A stretch of 64,000 bases of DNA from a virus. The position numbers were made by a program, and so were the translations under genes. The notes below the pieces were generated by a model. The model saw only the letters and a program-made list of their open reading frames with translations, was not told the origin of the DNA and ran no database searches. This document shows, piece by piece, positions 34,315 through 44,058 of this stretch (the stretch's first letter is position 1; every line of letters begins with the position of its first letter). The DNA lies in the IMG/VR virus record IMGVR_UViG_3300045988_131126; one strand, given 5' to 3'.

Positions 34315-34587
34315 TTATTCTTTCAATCCAAATTTTATAGTATACACGTATATCGTATACATCACAATAGATATCATATACTCTTTATCACCACTAAGTA
34401 TATCATATGCTGTGACTATAAGTATGAATAATCCGAATACAAGAAATATATCTAATAGTACTATCGGTTCTTTTTTGGTTCTACGGGCACATTTGATATC
34501 TTCGGCAACACAATACTTATAGATATAAAGATCCCAACCAAATATAAAACAAGCTATTATTTTTATAATCTCTTCATTCATATTCAA
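34315..34587 (-). CDS. small multi-pass membrane protein (90 aa)
   Basis: TGAGGAATTGAA SD. Hydrophobic segments separated by CARRTKKE. Confidence 0.7.
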   Translation of the reverse strand: MNMNEEIIKIIACFIFGWDLYIYKYCVAEDIKCARRTKKEPIVLLDIFLVFGLFILIVTAYDILSGDKEYMISIVMYTIYVYTIKFGLKE

Positions 34588-34669
34588 TTCCTCAACGCAA
34601 ACATAATTAATTTTATAGTCATATTTACTACAAAATAAATTGTTAGATATTTTAATGTATTTTTCATAT

Positions 34670-35404
34670 TTACTCCTTTAGACTTATATGATCGAAAGTA
34701 TATTGTACTCTCATCACATAGTAATATGTATGGACCAATGATAAGAAAGCTTCTTCGCATTGATCTATAAATTCTACAGCTTCTTCTTTATTGAAATAAA
34801 ATCCTATTTCTTTAAAGTCTGATGTATTCTTGTCAAGCATTAATATAATGCAACCACCATCTATATCAATTCCTTCTACTTCTTTAAGAAGATACTTATA
34901 TGCTGATAATTGCATAAAATGCTTGTAGTTAGACATTTTGCTAGTCTTAAAATCTACTAAATAAACTTTACCGTTTATCTTTATAAGTAGATCTAATGTA
35001 CCGCCAAAATATTTACATACTAACGACTTCTCAGCCATTAATATTTCTATATCTTGCGATGATATTATTTCCCACCATCTTAAGAATGCTTGAAAAGCAT
35101 TCTTAGTTTTATTTCTTATATTAGTATCTAATAAAGTATTAAAATCAGGTAATGTACCATACATAATATAATTATGAATAAAATCATGTACGTATGTACC
35201 TATCGCTAATGCTTCATCTTGATATACTGTATGACTTTTTCTTTGAAATCTTCCTACTTTATTGGCCCATTCTAATAAGTATGGAGAACTTATCATATCC
35301 AATATATCATTCACCCTAGGTATAGGATGATCTTCGTACAAATAAGTTACTTTTGATGGGTCTATTACTAGACCCATATCAAAAGGTATTACATCATTTA
35401 CCAT
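34670..35404 (-). CDS. PD-(D/E)XK nuclease (RecB/Cas4/lambda-exonuclease-like fold)
   Basis: GTYVHDFIH, then GGTLDLL...YLVDFKTSK (the D...D/ExK core), then QLSAYKYLL (the QxxxY motif of this family). Confidence 0.75.
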   Translation of the reverse strand: MVNDVIPFDMGLVIDPSKVTYLYEDHPIPRVNDILDMISSPYLLEWANKVGRFQRKSHTVYQDEALAIGTYVHDFIHNYIMYGTLPDFNTLLDTNIRNKTKNAFQAFLRWWEIISSQDIEILMAEKSLVCKYFGGTLDLLIKINGKVYLVDFKTSKMSNYKHFMQLSAYKYLLKEVEGIDIDGGCIILMLDKNTSDFKEIGFYFNKEEAVEFIDQCEEAFLSLVHTYYYVMRVQYTFDHISLKE

Positions 35405-35888
35405 ATCGTTTCTCCTTATAATCTAAATACTTTATACAAATAATTTTCTTTAATCTAGAATTATAATCTGGATTATTCAAAACTATGTTTCCAAAGCGTT
35501 TATACTTAATAGCTTCAAATTGCTTCTTGAATTCTCTAAGAGTATGTGTATCTAATTCAATAGTAAAATGTACGATATCCCGTGAGTTAATCTTTTGCTC
35601 TGGTGATAAATCTCCACCATGCTCGAATATATCTAGCATCTCTTTTTCTGATTTAGAGGTAATACAAGTGTCTCCGTTATTATAAACTTCAATTATTTGC
35701 CATTTGGTTTTGAATTCTGTATCGCGTTTTTCGTTTAAACCTAAAACTTCAGGTAAGCATTTCTCACAATAATACTCTGGTGCCGCGTCGCTTCTTCTTT
35801 TTATGGTTATAGGTTGACTGTCTAAGCATTTTTCCTTTTTGCATTTATCACAAATGCATCTAAATTTCACTACTGATGTTACTCCCAT
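35394..35888 (-). CDS. hypothetical zinc-ribbon protein (164 aa)
   Basis: CICDKCKKEKC ... YYCEKC Cys pairs near the N-terminus. AAGGAGGAAAACAAA SD. Confidence 0.75.
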   Translation of the reverse strand: MGVTSVVKFRCICDKCKKEKCLDSQPITIKRRSDAAPEYYCEKCLPEVLGLNEKRDTEFKTKWQIIEVYNNGDTCITSKSEKEMLDIFEHGGDLSPEQKINSRDIVHFTIELDTHTLREFKKQFEAIKYKRFGNIVLNNPDYNSRLKKIICIKYLDYKEKRYGK

Positions 35889-35920
35889 TTTGTTTTCCTC
35901 CTTAAAATGTATTATAAGTT

Positions 35921-35948
35921 AACTTTTACGTTATTATAATATACCATT
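35921..35948 (-). promoter_or_regulatory. conserved promoter-like element (extended -10 TGGTATATT plus downstream AACGT..AAGTT)
   Basis: The minus strand reads AATGGTATATTATAATAACGTAAAAGTT, about 35-60 nt upstream of the ATG at 35888. A weaker second copy (AATGGTATGTTA) lies at about 35985-35996. Confidence 0.4.
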
Positions 35949-36029
35949 TATATCAAAGTTAAAATCCATGTATATTTATAACCCGTAACATACCATTAAA
36001 ATGAGCCTAATAAGGAGGGTTAAGACCAT

Positions 36030-36971
36030 ATGGGTGCTGAAACTAGAAATTATGGCAACACTTATTTTTACTCAAAAGGTAAATATGAAGAGGCCGTTTA
36101 TAAGTTTATTATGTCCGCAGAACGTGTTGATAAAAACGACAAATCATTTGAAGATATTAGATATGAGGTAAAAAGGCGTCAGATTTATAAATCAATCGTA
36201 AACGTACTCGACAATCAAAATATATTATTATTATACAATGAGAATGGTCCATTACCAAGATCTTTCAAAATATTCACTTGTAAAGATCCTAAATCTGGTG
36301 ATGGCAAAAAGAAAGTATTTATTGATGTAACTGGTATTATCTCACAAGTAGATGGTGCATATACTATCAAGTCTAGATCTGTAGATACTTTTATAGCTTA
36401 TCTTATCGCTGCTATGATAGAGGCGATATATTATACAGATCCAAATAAATTAGTTAATAAGAATGATATCATTGTATCTGGTGGAAAATGTTTTGCTAAA
36501 TTAGTATTCTATATTATTGATTATTTAAGAATTGGTAACGTAGAAAAAGTTAGAGAAAAAACTTTATATTTAGCATCTAGATATTATGAAGAATGCTTAT
36601 TAGGAAAATCAGGAGAAACAGTAGAAAATAGAGCAAAGAATTTGTCTGGATTAACTAAAAGAGAAATCGATGTATTAAATCTTTACATCGATCCCGATTC
36701 TTTTAAGAATATTGATACATTTATATGCACATTATCTAAAGCCTTAAAAGATGATAGATTAAATACAACTATCTTCTTCGAAAAATGGAGATGGTTATTC
36801 GGAGCATCTACGGCATTTGCTACAGAATTATTTACCGTATTTGCTAAAATGATTACTGATGTTTATGTAGCTACTTACATTAATAATCAGAAGACTATTG
36901 AAAATGTAACTAAACCGACATATATCGAATTTAGTAAAGCTTTATTGCAGATAGGGAGTGAGTTATTTTGA
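36030..36971 (+). CDS. hypothetical protein (313 aa)
   Basis: ORF track. TAAGGAGGGTTAAGACCAT SD. First gene of a plus-strand island. Confidence 0.8.
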   Translation: MGAETRNYGNTYFYSKGKYEEAVYKFIMSAERVDKNDKSFEDIRYEVKRRQIYKSIVNVLDNQNILLLYNENGPLPRSFKIFTCKDPKSGDGKKKVFIDVTGIISQVDGAYTIKSRSVDTFIAYLIAAMIEAIYYTDPNKLVNKNDIIVSGGKCFAKLVFYIIDYLRIGNVEKVREKTLYLASRYYEECLLGKSGETVENRAKNLSGLTKREIDVLNLYIDPDSFKNIDTFICTLSKALKDDRLNTTIFFEKWRWLFGASTAFATELFTVFAKMITDVYVATYINNQKTIENVTKPTYIEFSKALLQIGSELF

Positions 36972-39900
36972 TTAATGTAAAAGACATAAAGTCTCTTAAG
37001 AATCAATCTTTATATCCTACCAGTAATGAAAAATATGTTTTGACTAAAAGATCAGAGAGAATAGTAAGAAGCCCAGAGTATAAAATTCTGGGCTTTTTGC
37101 ATAATTTTTGTTATTCTTTTTCTAATTACTATGTGACTAGAAGCAATTTAGATGGTGTAATATTATCCAAAGCTTATATAGGCGATATAGAATATGGAGC
37201 TTTTAATGAAAACGTAGATTTCTTTTATTTATATAAAAATAAAAAATTTTATAAAGTTGATAAGAATCTTAATATAGAATGGGAAATAGAAACAGATGAC
37301 TATATAAGAAATATTACAGAAGATTCAAATGGACATGCTTTTATAGTATATAAAAATAGCCGTATTATTCATGAATATCTTCCCGATAGTTCTAGATTAA
37401 GATCATTCAGAGATAGTGATGATGTCACTAATAAAACAAGAATATTTAAAGCCTTTGTAAATAAAGGTAGAACCGAGATGTATACTATAGGTTCTATATT
37501 TGTAAAAACAGATAAACCTTTTGTATCATCCACAAAGCAGTCTTTACTCATTACAGAAGAAGGCAAATTCCTTATGGATGAGAAAGATAATCCTATAATT
37601 ATATCTGTATTAGTTAATCAGATTAATACTGACTATATGGCTCAGTATGCTGAAACTTTTATAGATACTTATGATCTAATTACAGGATTGAGATCTTCGC
37701 ATAAAATATTATCTAAAGATTATGGTGTTAAATCTACCGATCCTTATTATAATTTCGATAATATTTATGTAAACGGAAATAATATTTATATATACTCTAA
37801 TGAGTATATACAAAAAGTCAATAAATCAATGGTTAATATATGGAAGCATTATTTTGGTTATAATGCTGCTACTAAAAGATATAATCAATTAGGTCATATA
37901 GAATATGATGATAACGATTACAATGAATCATTATATTTCTTAGAAGACTTATACGAAACAGATGGACACGCCTTTGGTAAATTAACTACTAAAGGCGATC
38001 TTATTTGGAAAATAGGTTTTGATAAGAGTATAGTAGACTCTAAATTTTCTTTTGGTATATATAAAGGGAATATGTTTACTTCTCATAAATCCATCATAAA
38101 TGTAGTAGATAACTATTATCTCGCAGTAAATAACTATAATACTGTATTTGAAACTAGAGATAATAAGCTTATAAAAATTATAAGAAATAATGAAGATGAA
38201 ATATATTCTAATGAATATTATGACAGTTATACATTATTAGCAGATGTAATTAAAAATACTGTACCTGAATATATTTCTAGACCATTATATATTAGAGGTA
38301 ATGAGCCTCTTCTAAATGAAGATGGCGAACCTATACTCGTAGACGAGTATAATACTCATTATCTTGATCCAGAAAATTTTGATACTTTTGTATTAAAAGG
38401 ATTAGAGGTTAGAGACACTCCTTATCCTAATGGAGCTATCGTAACTAAGCAGAATGGTTATATTATTCAAACTTTAAAGAAAAAAATAATTAGTACTCTT
38501 AAAGCAGTAAAACCGCCCAAAATAAACGAACCATCATCTTCTATTGCTATAGGACAAGCAAGAATAGGTTTAGCTAAAATGGGAGGATCTACAGAAAACG
38601 CTGTTAAAGATATAATATACTTTGCTGGTATAGGTATAGGTCGTATAGGTAAAGCCAAAATACTTAAAGATTATATTCCGCCAGAAGAGTATTTTGAATA
38701 TACTTTTAATCTTTGTGGAGATAGACATATATTCAGAAATAATATTATCACAAAGAAAAAAGGATTGACTATATTAACTAAACGTACTGGAGCTTCTATA
38801 ATGAAGAAAGTAAAGAATTATTACAAATTCATATTTAGAAGATTCCAAGATTTAGATATAGTATTAGAATTTATTAAGCAAAGTGGTATATTAAATACTA
38901 AATTACCTAAATTTGCAGATAAACTTATTCATCATACAAGACATATGATAGAAGATATGCAGACAGCCCATGTGCCAGTTTCATATGATTTGAAAGCACA
39001 AAAAATGTTTTCATATTATTTCGATTCTTGGGAAATGCCTATTAGAACTTTAAAAACCCAAGTGTATCTTTGTCACAATTTACCTTGGATGAGAAAGAGA
39101 GATTCAGATAGTATTTTCATTGATAGTATGGCTAATGTAATTAATAGTGAAATTATGAAACCATTTATCATGTTTATCGATGGAAAAGCTATCAAATGGT
39201 CTAATATGACTATAGTTCATAACTGGGAATATGATTATATTATTATTTCTAATATAGATCATGATATCTCATATAAATATGAAGTAAATAGCATTCTATT
39301 ACCATGTCTTATTAGATATGGAGAGGATGAAAATGTACTTCCTATTGAATGTGAAAAATTCTTATTTGATACGAATGGTAGATACGTAAATAATCCAGAA
39401 GCAGATGGAATACGTGTAGAAATTATAGATCCTAATATTTCTGGAAATACTTATAAGTACGATATAAATACTAATTATATTCAATTAGAAGCTGATTATA
39501 ATCAGATTTCTTCTGATAAGAATATATTGATATTCGAGGATAATAAATTTAATCCTACTAATATTGATTATCTTACATATCATGGAAAGAATATTTATAC
39601 TTATAATAAAGATACATTTGCTTATATGAAAACTTTCTATTACATTAAAGCAAATGATACTAAGAATATATTAAATAAATTACCACATCAAACTCAGGTT
39701 GATAAAGATATTCAAACTAATATATTTGATGATAATAGCAATGGTTATCTTGATAATTTCCGTAATAACAATTTTGATTATTCTTATAATAAGAGATATT
39801 CTTATAACGAGAATGTATCAAGAGCTATTGAATATATTATGGGATATGATATGTCTTTACTTAATAAATACTACACAGATGAAGCTAATATCTGTTGTAT

Positions 39901-41224
39901 GTGTTTCAGTGGTAAAGATATATTAGACAGAGTAAATGGTAATTACTTAGAAATGCCAAGAGATAGAAAATACGGATTAGATGATTATGTTGTAGTATAT
40001 AAGAACGGTAAATTATATGAAAGATTTAGAGAGATAGAATATAAAGCTAGTATGTTTAAGATACCAGTGAACGGTTCTATTAATGAATCAGATACTATAG
40101 AAATCGTTCATTATAAACACGTAGAAAATATGTCTTATCCTACAAGATTAACTCATATGTCTCCAGAAGAGCAAAAAATATTAGGAAAGATTCCTGCTAT
40201 AGATTATGCAAAATTAGATTTTGCTCAATTATACGAGAATAATTGGTATTATAGTAGAATTACTTCCGATGGATTACCTGTATATGATTATAAAAATTAT
40301 CTTACAAGACATCTTAGATATGGAGATTTACTTATATTCGGAAATAATAAATCTGGATCTGAAAAGTATGACGATTTTATTAAAGATGATAATTATATAC
40401 AATATCCTGTAAAATTTGTTTATAGGAATAATAAAGATGAGTATAATAGATATCAAGATACAGAGATAATAATAGAAGATAGATATTATAAATACAAAAT
40501 GCTGAACTTTACTTCTAGCAGACAGTTTAGGCAAATGTATTATAACGTTTTCGAAGAACAATCTATATTTGATCTTGATCAATCTTTTAGATTCTGTCAG
40601 AATAAAAAGCAATACTTAGTATTCGTCAATGGAAAGAAATTAAACTTTAATGAGTTTGATTTATTGATTCCTAGAATGGATAAGTATACTATTTATACTA
40701 TAAGAGCATTGACTGATTCAAATGGTAATGTAATACTTGTGAATGATAAACCATTAGAAGTATTAAATACTGAAGCAGAAGATATATATACAGAAACAGA
40801 TAGAATGTCTATCAGAACAAATATTCCTTTAAACCAAGGGGATATTATAGATATATTATACGTACCAGATCCTTACGATGAAATTATTTTAAATAATTAT
40901 ATTCCTAATGAAAATGGCGTAGTAGAATTAGATAGAGAAATATTACAATATCCATTTAGTAAGGATTTATTCCTTATATATATGAATGGAAAGAAAGTAT
41001 CTAACGATCTAATTGAAGATATATCAAAAAATAAAATCAGAATCAAATCTATATCAGACGATGATAAGATTAATATGAAAAATATCACTATATGTAAATA
41101 TATAATTCCGGATAAAGTATTAAAAGAATTGTATAGTTATGGTGATGATTGGTCTGACTCTGTCGATAAATTAAATGATTCTGATTTCCATAAATTATTT
41201 GTAGATCTTAAGAAACTAGTATAA
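36968..41224 (+). CDS. very large hypothetical protein (1418 aa), possibly virion-associated
   Basis: An uninterrupted 4.25 kb frame. TTG start at 36968 overlaps the upstream stop (TTGA) and is preceded by GGGAGTGAG. N/Y/D/K-rich, no catalytic motif recognised. The structural role is inferred only from size and strand context. Confidence 0.8.
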   Translation: MINVKDIKSLKNQSLYPTSNEKYVLTKRSERIVRSPEYKILGFLHNFCYSFSNYYVTRSNLDGVILSKAYIGDIEYGAFNENVDFFYLYKNKKFYKVDKNLNIEWEIETDDYIRNITEDSNGHAFIVYKNSRIIHEYLPDSSRLRSFRDSDDVTNKTRIFKAFVNKGRTEMYTIGSIFVKTDKPFVSSTKQSLLITEEGKFLMDEKDNPIIISVLVNQINTDYMAQYAETFIDTYDLITGLRSSHKILSKDYGVKSTDPYYNFDNIYVNGNNIYIYSNEYIQKVNKSMVNIWKHYFGYNAATKRYNQLGHIEYDDNDYNESLYFLEDLYETDGHAFGKLTTKGDLIWKIGFDKSIVDSKFSFGIYKGNMFTSHKSIINVVDNYYLAVNNYNTVFETRDNKLIKIIRNNEDEIYSNEYYDSYTLLADVIKNTVPEYISRPLYIRGNEPLLNEDGEPILVDEYNTHYLDPENFDTFVLKGLEVRDTPYPNGAIVTKQNGYIIQTLKKKIISTLKAVKPPKINEPSSSIAIGQARIGLAKMGGSTENAVKDIIYFAGIGIGRIGKAKILKDYIPPEEYFEYTFNLCGDRHIFRNNIITKKKGLTILTKRTGASIMKKVKNYYKFIFRRFQDLDIVLEFIKQSGILNTKLPKFADKLIHHTRHMIEDMQTAHVPVSYDLKAQKMFSYYFDSWEMPIRTLKTQVYLCHNLPWMRKRDSDSIFIDSMANVINSEIMKPFIMFIDGKAIKWSNMTIVHNWEYDYIIISNIDHDISYKYEVNSILLPCLIRYGEDENVLPIECEKFLFDTNGRYVNNPEADGIRVEIIDPNISGNTYKYDINTNYIQLEADYNQISSDKNILIFEDNKFNPTNIDYLTYHGKNIYTYNKDTFAYMKTFYYIKANDTKNILNKLPHQTQVDKDIQTNIFDDNSNGYLDNFRNNNFDYSYNKRYSYNENVSRAIEYIMGYDMSLLNKYYTDEANICCMCFSGKDILDRVNGNYLEMPRDRKYGLDDYVVVYKNGKLYERFREIEYKASMFKIPVNGSINESDTIEIVHYKHVENMSYPTRLTHMSPEEQKILGKIPAIDYAKLDFAQLYENNWYYSRITSDGLPVYDYKNYLTRHLRYGDLLIFGNNKSGSEKYDDFIKDDNYIQYPVKFVYRNNKDEYNRYQDTEIIIEDRYYKYKMLNFTSSRQFRQMYYNVFEEQSIFDLDQSFRFCQNKKQYLVFVNGKKLNFNEFDLLIPRMDKYTIYTIRALTDSNGNVILVNDKPLEVLNTEAEDIYTETDRMSIRTNIPLNQGDIIDILYVPDPYDEIILNNYIPNENGVVELDREILQYPFSKDLFLIYMNGKKVSNDLIEDISKNKIRIKSISDDDKINMKNITICKYIIPDKVLKELYSYGDDWSDSVDKLNDSDFHKLFVDLKKLV

Positions 41225-41229
41225 AAAAT

Positions 41230-41261
41230 AAAGGAGTATATCTTTTTAGATATACTCCTTT
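41230..41261. terminator. bidirectional terminator between convergent genes
   Basis: AAAGGAGTATATCT-TTTT-AGATATACTCCTTT, with an A-run before it and T-rich sequence after it. Confidence 0.8.
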
Positions 41262-41270
41262 ATTATTAAT

Positions 41271-41837
41271 TCACAGCGTCGTTTTGTAAAATGATTTAAG
41301 ATCGCTCATCATTCTTGATAAAAGTTCAGATGTAAGCTTATCAGATAATTTGAACTTGAGTTTTGTCAATGTAGGTAAAGTATTTATTTGTAGTAATGCA
41401 TCCATGTTGATACCATATTCATTAAGCTTATTTACGCAGTAATTTATATCGGTACTTTGTATTCTAATTACTTTTTTGCTATTTAAATCTATATGAATAA
41501 TTAATGATACCATAGTATCTTCTAATGATGAAAATATCATAGTAACTCTAGATTGTTTCTCTGCAAATTCGTGATATGCAAATTTTTTATCATTAGATAT
41601 AAATAAATATGTTTCAGTTTCATCTGTATTAGTTTTATAAAATTTGAAATTATTATTTTTCTTAAAAGCATCATCAACATCTACTATCTGTTCTAATATT
41701 TTAAGCCTGCATTTAGATTCATCTAAAAATATTTGCAAAAGTTCAACTATAATACTGGTTACAAAGAATATTATAAATAAAATATCAATAGCCATAATTA
41801 AAGCATATGTGTTATTATCAAAATAATTAGTCATCAT
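41271..41837 (-). CDS. N-terminally membrane-anchored hypothetical protein
   Basis: First ATG at 41837 lies downstream of AAGGAGA. Hydrophobic segment ALIMAIDILFIIFFVTSIIV. Confidence 0.7.
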   Translation of the reverse strand: MMTNYFDNNTYALIMAIDILFIIFFVTSIIVELLQIFLDESKCRLKILEQIVDVDDAFKKNNNFKFYKTNTDETETYLFISNDKKFAYHEFAEKQSRVTMIFSSLEDTMVSLIIHIDLNSKKVIRIQSTDINYCVNKLNEYGINMDALLQINTLPTLTKLKFKLSDKLTSELLSRMMSDLKSFYKTTL

Positions 41838-42441
41838 AATTTTCAAAATCTCCTTTTGAATAATAGTCTAAAATAGATATCGCTTTAAATAATTCATCAT
41901 CTTCAGATTGTTCGGCATCTTCTGCTATTAACGATGATATTGTTTTTACTATATCTTTTCCAAAACGAACTATGTATGTATACATCATAATCTCACCAGA
42001 ATATGGATATCCGTTAATACTATTGTTTTTACATGTTAATATCTCTTGATCTCTTGTATTTATAACTACATCATATACATTTTTGATAATTCTATCAGCA
42101 TTCAATATTACGTGCAATTCTGTAAATGTTTCAGATTCGATCGGTATATGTCGCGATGCTGAATAAATATGTACAGTTTTGGTGTTTAAATATATCTCCA
42201 AACTACAACTATTATCACTTTTAATATATTTACCGTCTTTTCCGTATGTATTTACTAAATATATAAAGATATAAGTTATATATAAATACACCATATAATA
42301 TTGAAAATCTTTTGGATAGTTATTTTGCCTATCGCATGAGATAGTTTTAACTGTATTAAACATTTCTAATTTATCTATCTTATTTCCAAATAAGCATATA
42401 GTACCTAAAAATACCCCCAGAATTATAATAATACGCATCAT
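41827..42441 (-). CDS. N-terminally membrane-anchored hypothetical protein
   Basis: ATG at 42441 lies 6 nt after GAGGTG. MMRIIIILGVFLGTICLF anchor. ATGA overlap with the upstream ORF. Confidence 0.7.
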   Translation of the reverse strand: MMRIIIILGVFLGTICLFGNKIDKLEMFNTVKTISCDRQNNYPKDFQYYMVYLYITYIFIYLVNTYGKDGKYIKSDNSCSLEIYLNTKTVHIYSASRHIPIESETFTELHVILNADRIIKNVYDVVINTRDQEILTCKNNSINGYPYSGEIMMYTYIVRFGKDIVKTISSLIAEDAEQSEDDELFKAISILDYYSKGDFENYDD

Positions 42442-43034
42442 CACATACACCTCATATCATGTTCTATATCTAACAACTCTTTTCTAAGCTTACTTAAATT
42501 ATTTCTAATTAATATTAAATAGCATGTATTGCTAGTATTACCCTTGGTTGCATTCCAAGCACATGTAAATTTATCTATCGCATCTATATAATATTTTATA
42601 TGATTTTCCTGAAAACTGATAGATTTATTAAATGTGCACCAATGGTATAATCCATCTACCCCTTTAAATCTAAAAGTATTATGATCTTCTGATATTTTCA
42701 ATAAAGACTTATCAAGTGAAATCCCATTATCTCTCTCCATAAGATAAAAGCCATAGAATTCGTCTTTCGTTTTATTTAAAGTATCATATATGCATTCTTT
42801 TGTTTTGTAATATTTTTCGTTTATCTCTTTACTTTTCTTATATTTTTGAACATATACAATCGGTAATGTTACTAACCACCCTATTTCTACAAGTAATGAA
42901 AATATAGAAAATGCTAAATACACATTATTAGATACACTTCCTCTTTGATACTTACATACTATACAAATTAGATCTCCGAAAAAAGCTACGAACGAACACA
43001 TTAAACCGAAAAATAATATGCCATCTTTATCCAT
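42441..43034 (-). CDS. membrane protein (two N-terminal hydrophobic helices)
   Basis: ATG at 43034 (MDKDGILFF...) with AGAAAGGAAG SD. The track start at 43082 would lie inside terminator 43061..43092. Confidence 0.7.
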   Translation of the reverse strand: MDKDGILFFGLMCSFVAFFGDLICIVCKYQRGSVSNNVYLAFSIFSLLVEIGWLVTLPIVYVQKYKKSKEINEKYYKTKECIYDTLNKTKDEFYGFYLMERDNGISLDKSLLKISEDHNTFRFKGVDGLYHWCTFNKSISFQENHIKYYIDAIDKFTCAWNATKGNTSNTCYLILIRNNLSKLRKELLDIEHDMRCM

Positions 43035-43060
43035 TTTATAATCTTCCTTTCTTGAAAATA

Positions 43061-43092
43061 ATAATCCGGTATGAATTACCATACCGGATTAT
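43061..43092 (-). terminator. hairpin terminator after ORF 43096..44058
   Basis: ATAATCCGGTATG-AATTAC-CATACCGGATTAT. Confidence 0.7.
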
Positions 43093-43095
43093 ATA

Positions 43096-44058
43096 TTATT
43101 CTTCATCTACGCTTTCAAATTCTTTAATACTATTAAATATTGCTTCGTAGTCTCCCTCAATAATACAAATAGGAGAGTCTTTTACTTTAGCTTTATCAAG
43201 TACACTTTTATATGAAGCTATAAGCGTATCTCTTGTGTATTTAGTGGATCCAAAGTATGTTTCAAATAATGGATTATTACCTTTAGTTCTAGCTTCACAA
43301 ATATACTCTTTAGAAATACATCTATTATTAGATACAAGATTATTGACGTTTTTGTAAGATATTGCAAATGTTTTGTATCTATTTCGAATAACGTTTCTAA
43401 ATATGTAACCTGCATTATCAATATCTTCTAAGCATAATACGGCATCTTGCATTCTTAAATAATCGCCTAATAATAGATGATACATATTATCAGATTCCAT
43501 ACAGATATTTACAAAATTAAGAGCATCTAATACGGATTTCTGATAGTCATCATTTTCTGATATATAAATTAATCTAGGTATAATAATATTATCATTATAT
43601 AAAGATTTTACATTAGTTACATAAGTTCCATTTACAAATTCCGTATTAAAGAAATAATACGGATATTTATTGGCAAACATTTTCGGAGTAATATCTGAAT
43701 GATTTACAATGTTTACTGTATATATATTGCACATTGCTAATCTTTCTTCTGATATCATTTTATGTTTTTCTTTCATAGTTTCTATGATATCATCAGGAAG
43801 ATTATATATTCTTTTCAATACTACAAACTGGTTTGATGGATTGAATTGCACAAAGCAAGAAGAATTCTCGAATGTAATGATTCCCTCTTCTTCATTAAAT
43901 TCATATCTCTTAACTTTATCTACATCTCCACCGCCAATACAAATATATGTATTTAAAATTCTTTCATCTGGGTTTAAAAATTCTGATCCTCCAATTGGGT
44001 CTTCTAAACATAAGTACTGCTTATTTTCGATTGCTTTAATAATATCTTTATTATTCAT
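43096..44058 (-). CDS. hypothetical protein (320 aa)
   Basis: ORF track. GGAGGTTGAATC SD. 4-nt overlap with the upstream ORF. Confidence 0.78.
   Translation of the reverse strand: MNNKDIIKAIENKQYLCLEDPIGGSEFLNPDERILNTYICIGGGDVDKVKRYEFNEEEGIITFENSSCFVQFNPSNQFVVLKRIYNLPDDIIETMKEKHKMISEERLAMCNIYTVNIVNHSDITPKMFANKYPYYFFNTEFVNGTYVTNVKSLYNDNIIIPRLIYISENDDYQKSVLDALNFVNICMESDNMYHLLLGDYLRMQDAVLCLEDIDNAGYIFRNVIRNRYKTFAISYKNVNNLVSNNRCISKEYICEARTKGNNPLFETYFGSTKYTRDTLIASYKSVLDKAKVKDSPICIIEGDYEAIFNSIKEFESVDEE

Noticed and set aside
42441-43082. N-terminal extensions given in the ORF track, starting at GTG, TTG or an upstream ATG, for about 20 genes. Examples: 43082, 45943, 41846, 42450, 14176, 17475, 22641, 23178, 24229, 32869, 33768, 44366, 53700, 60619.
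   Set aside because: In each case an internal ATG (or a GTG at 18453) is preceded at 5-10 nt by a GGAGG-type SD. The extension either lacks an SD, contains the SD itself, or runs through the upstream terminator or gene.
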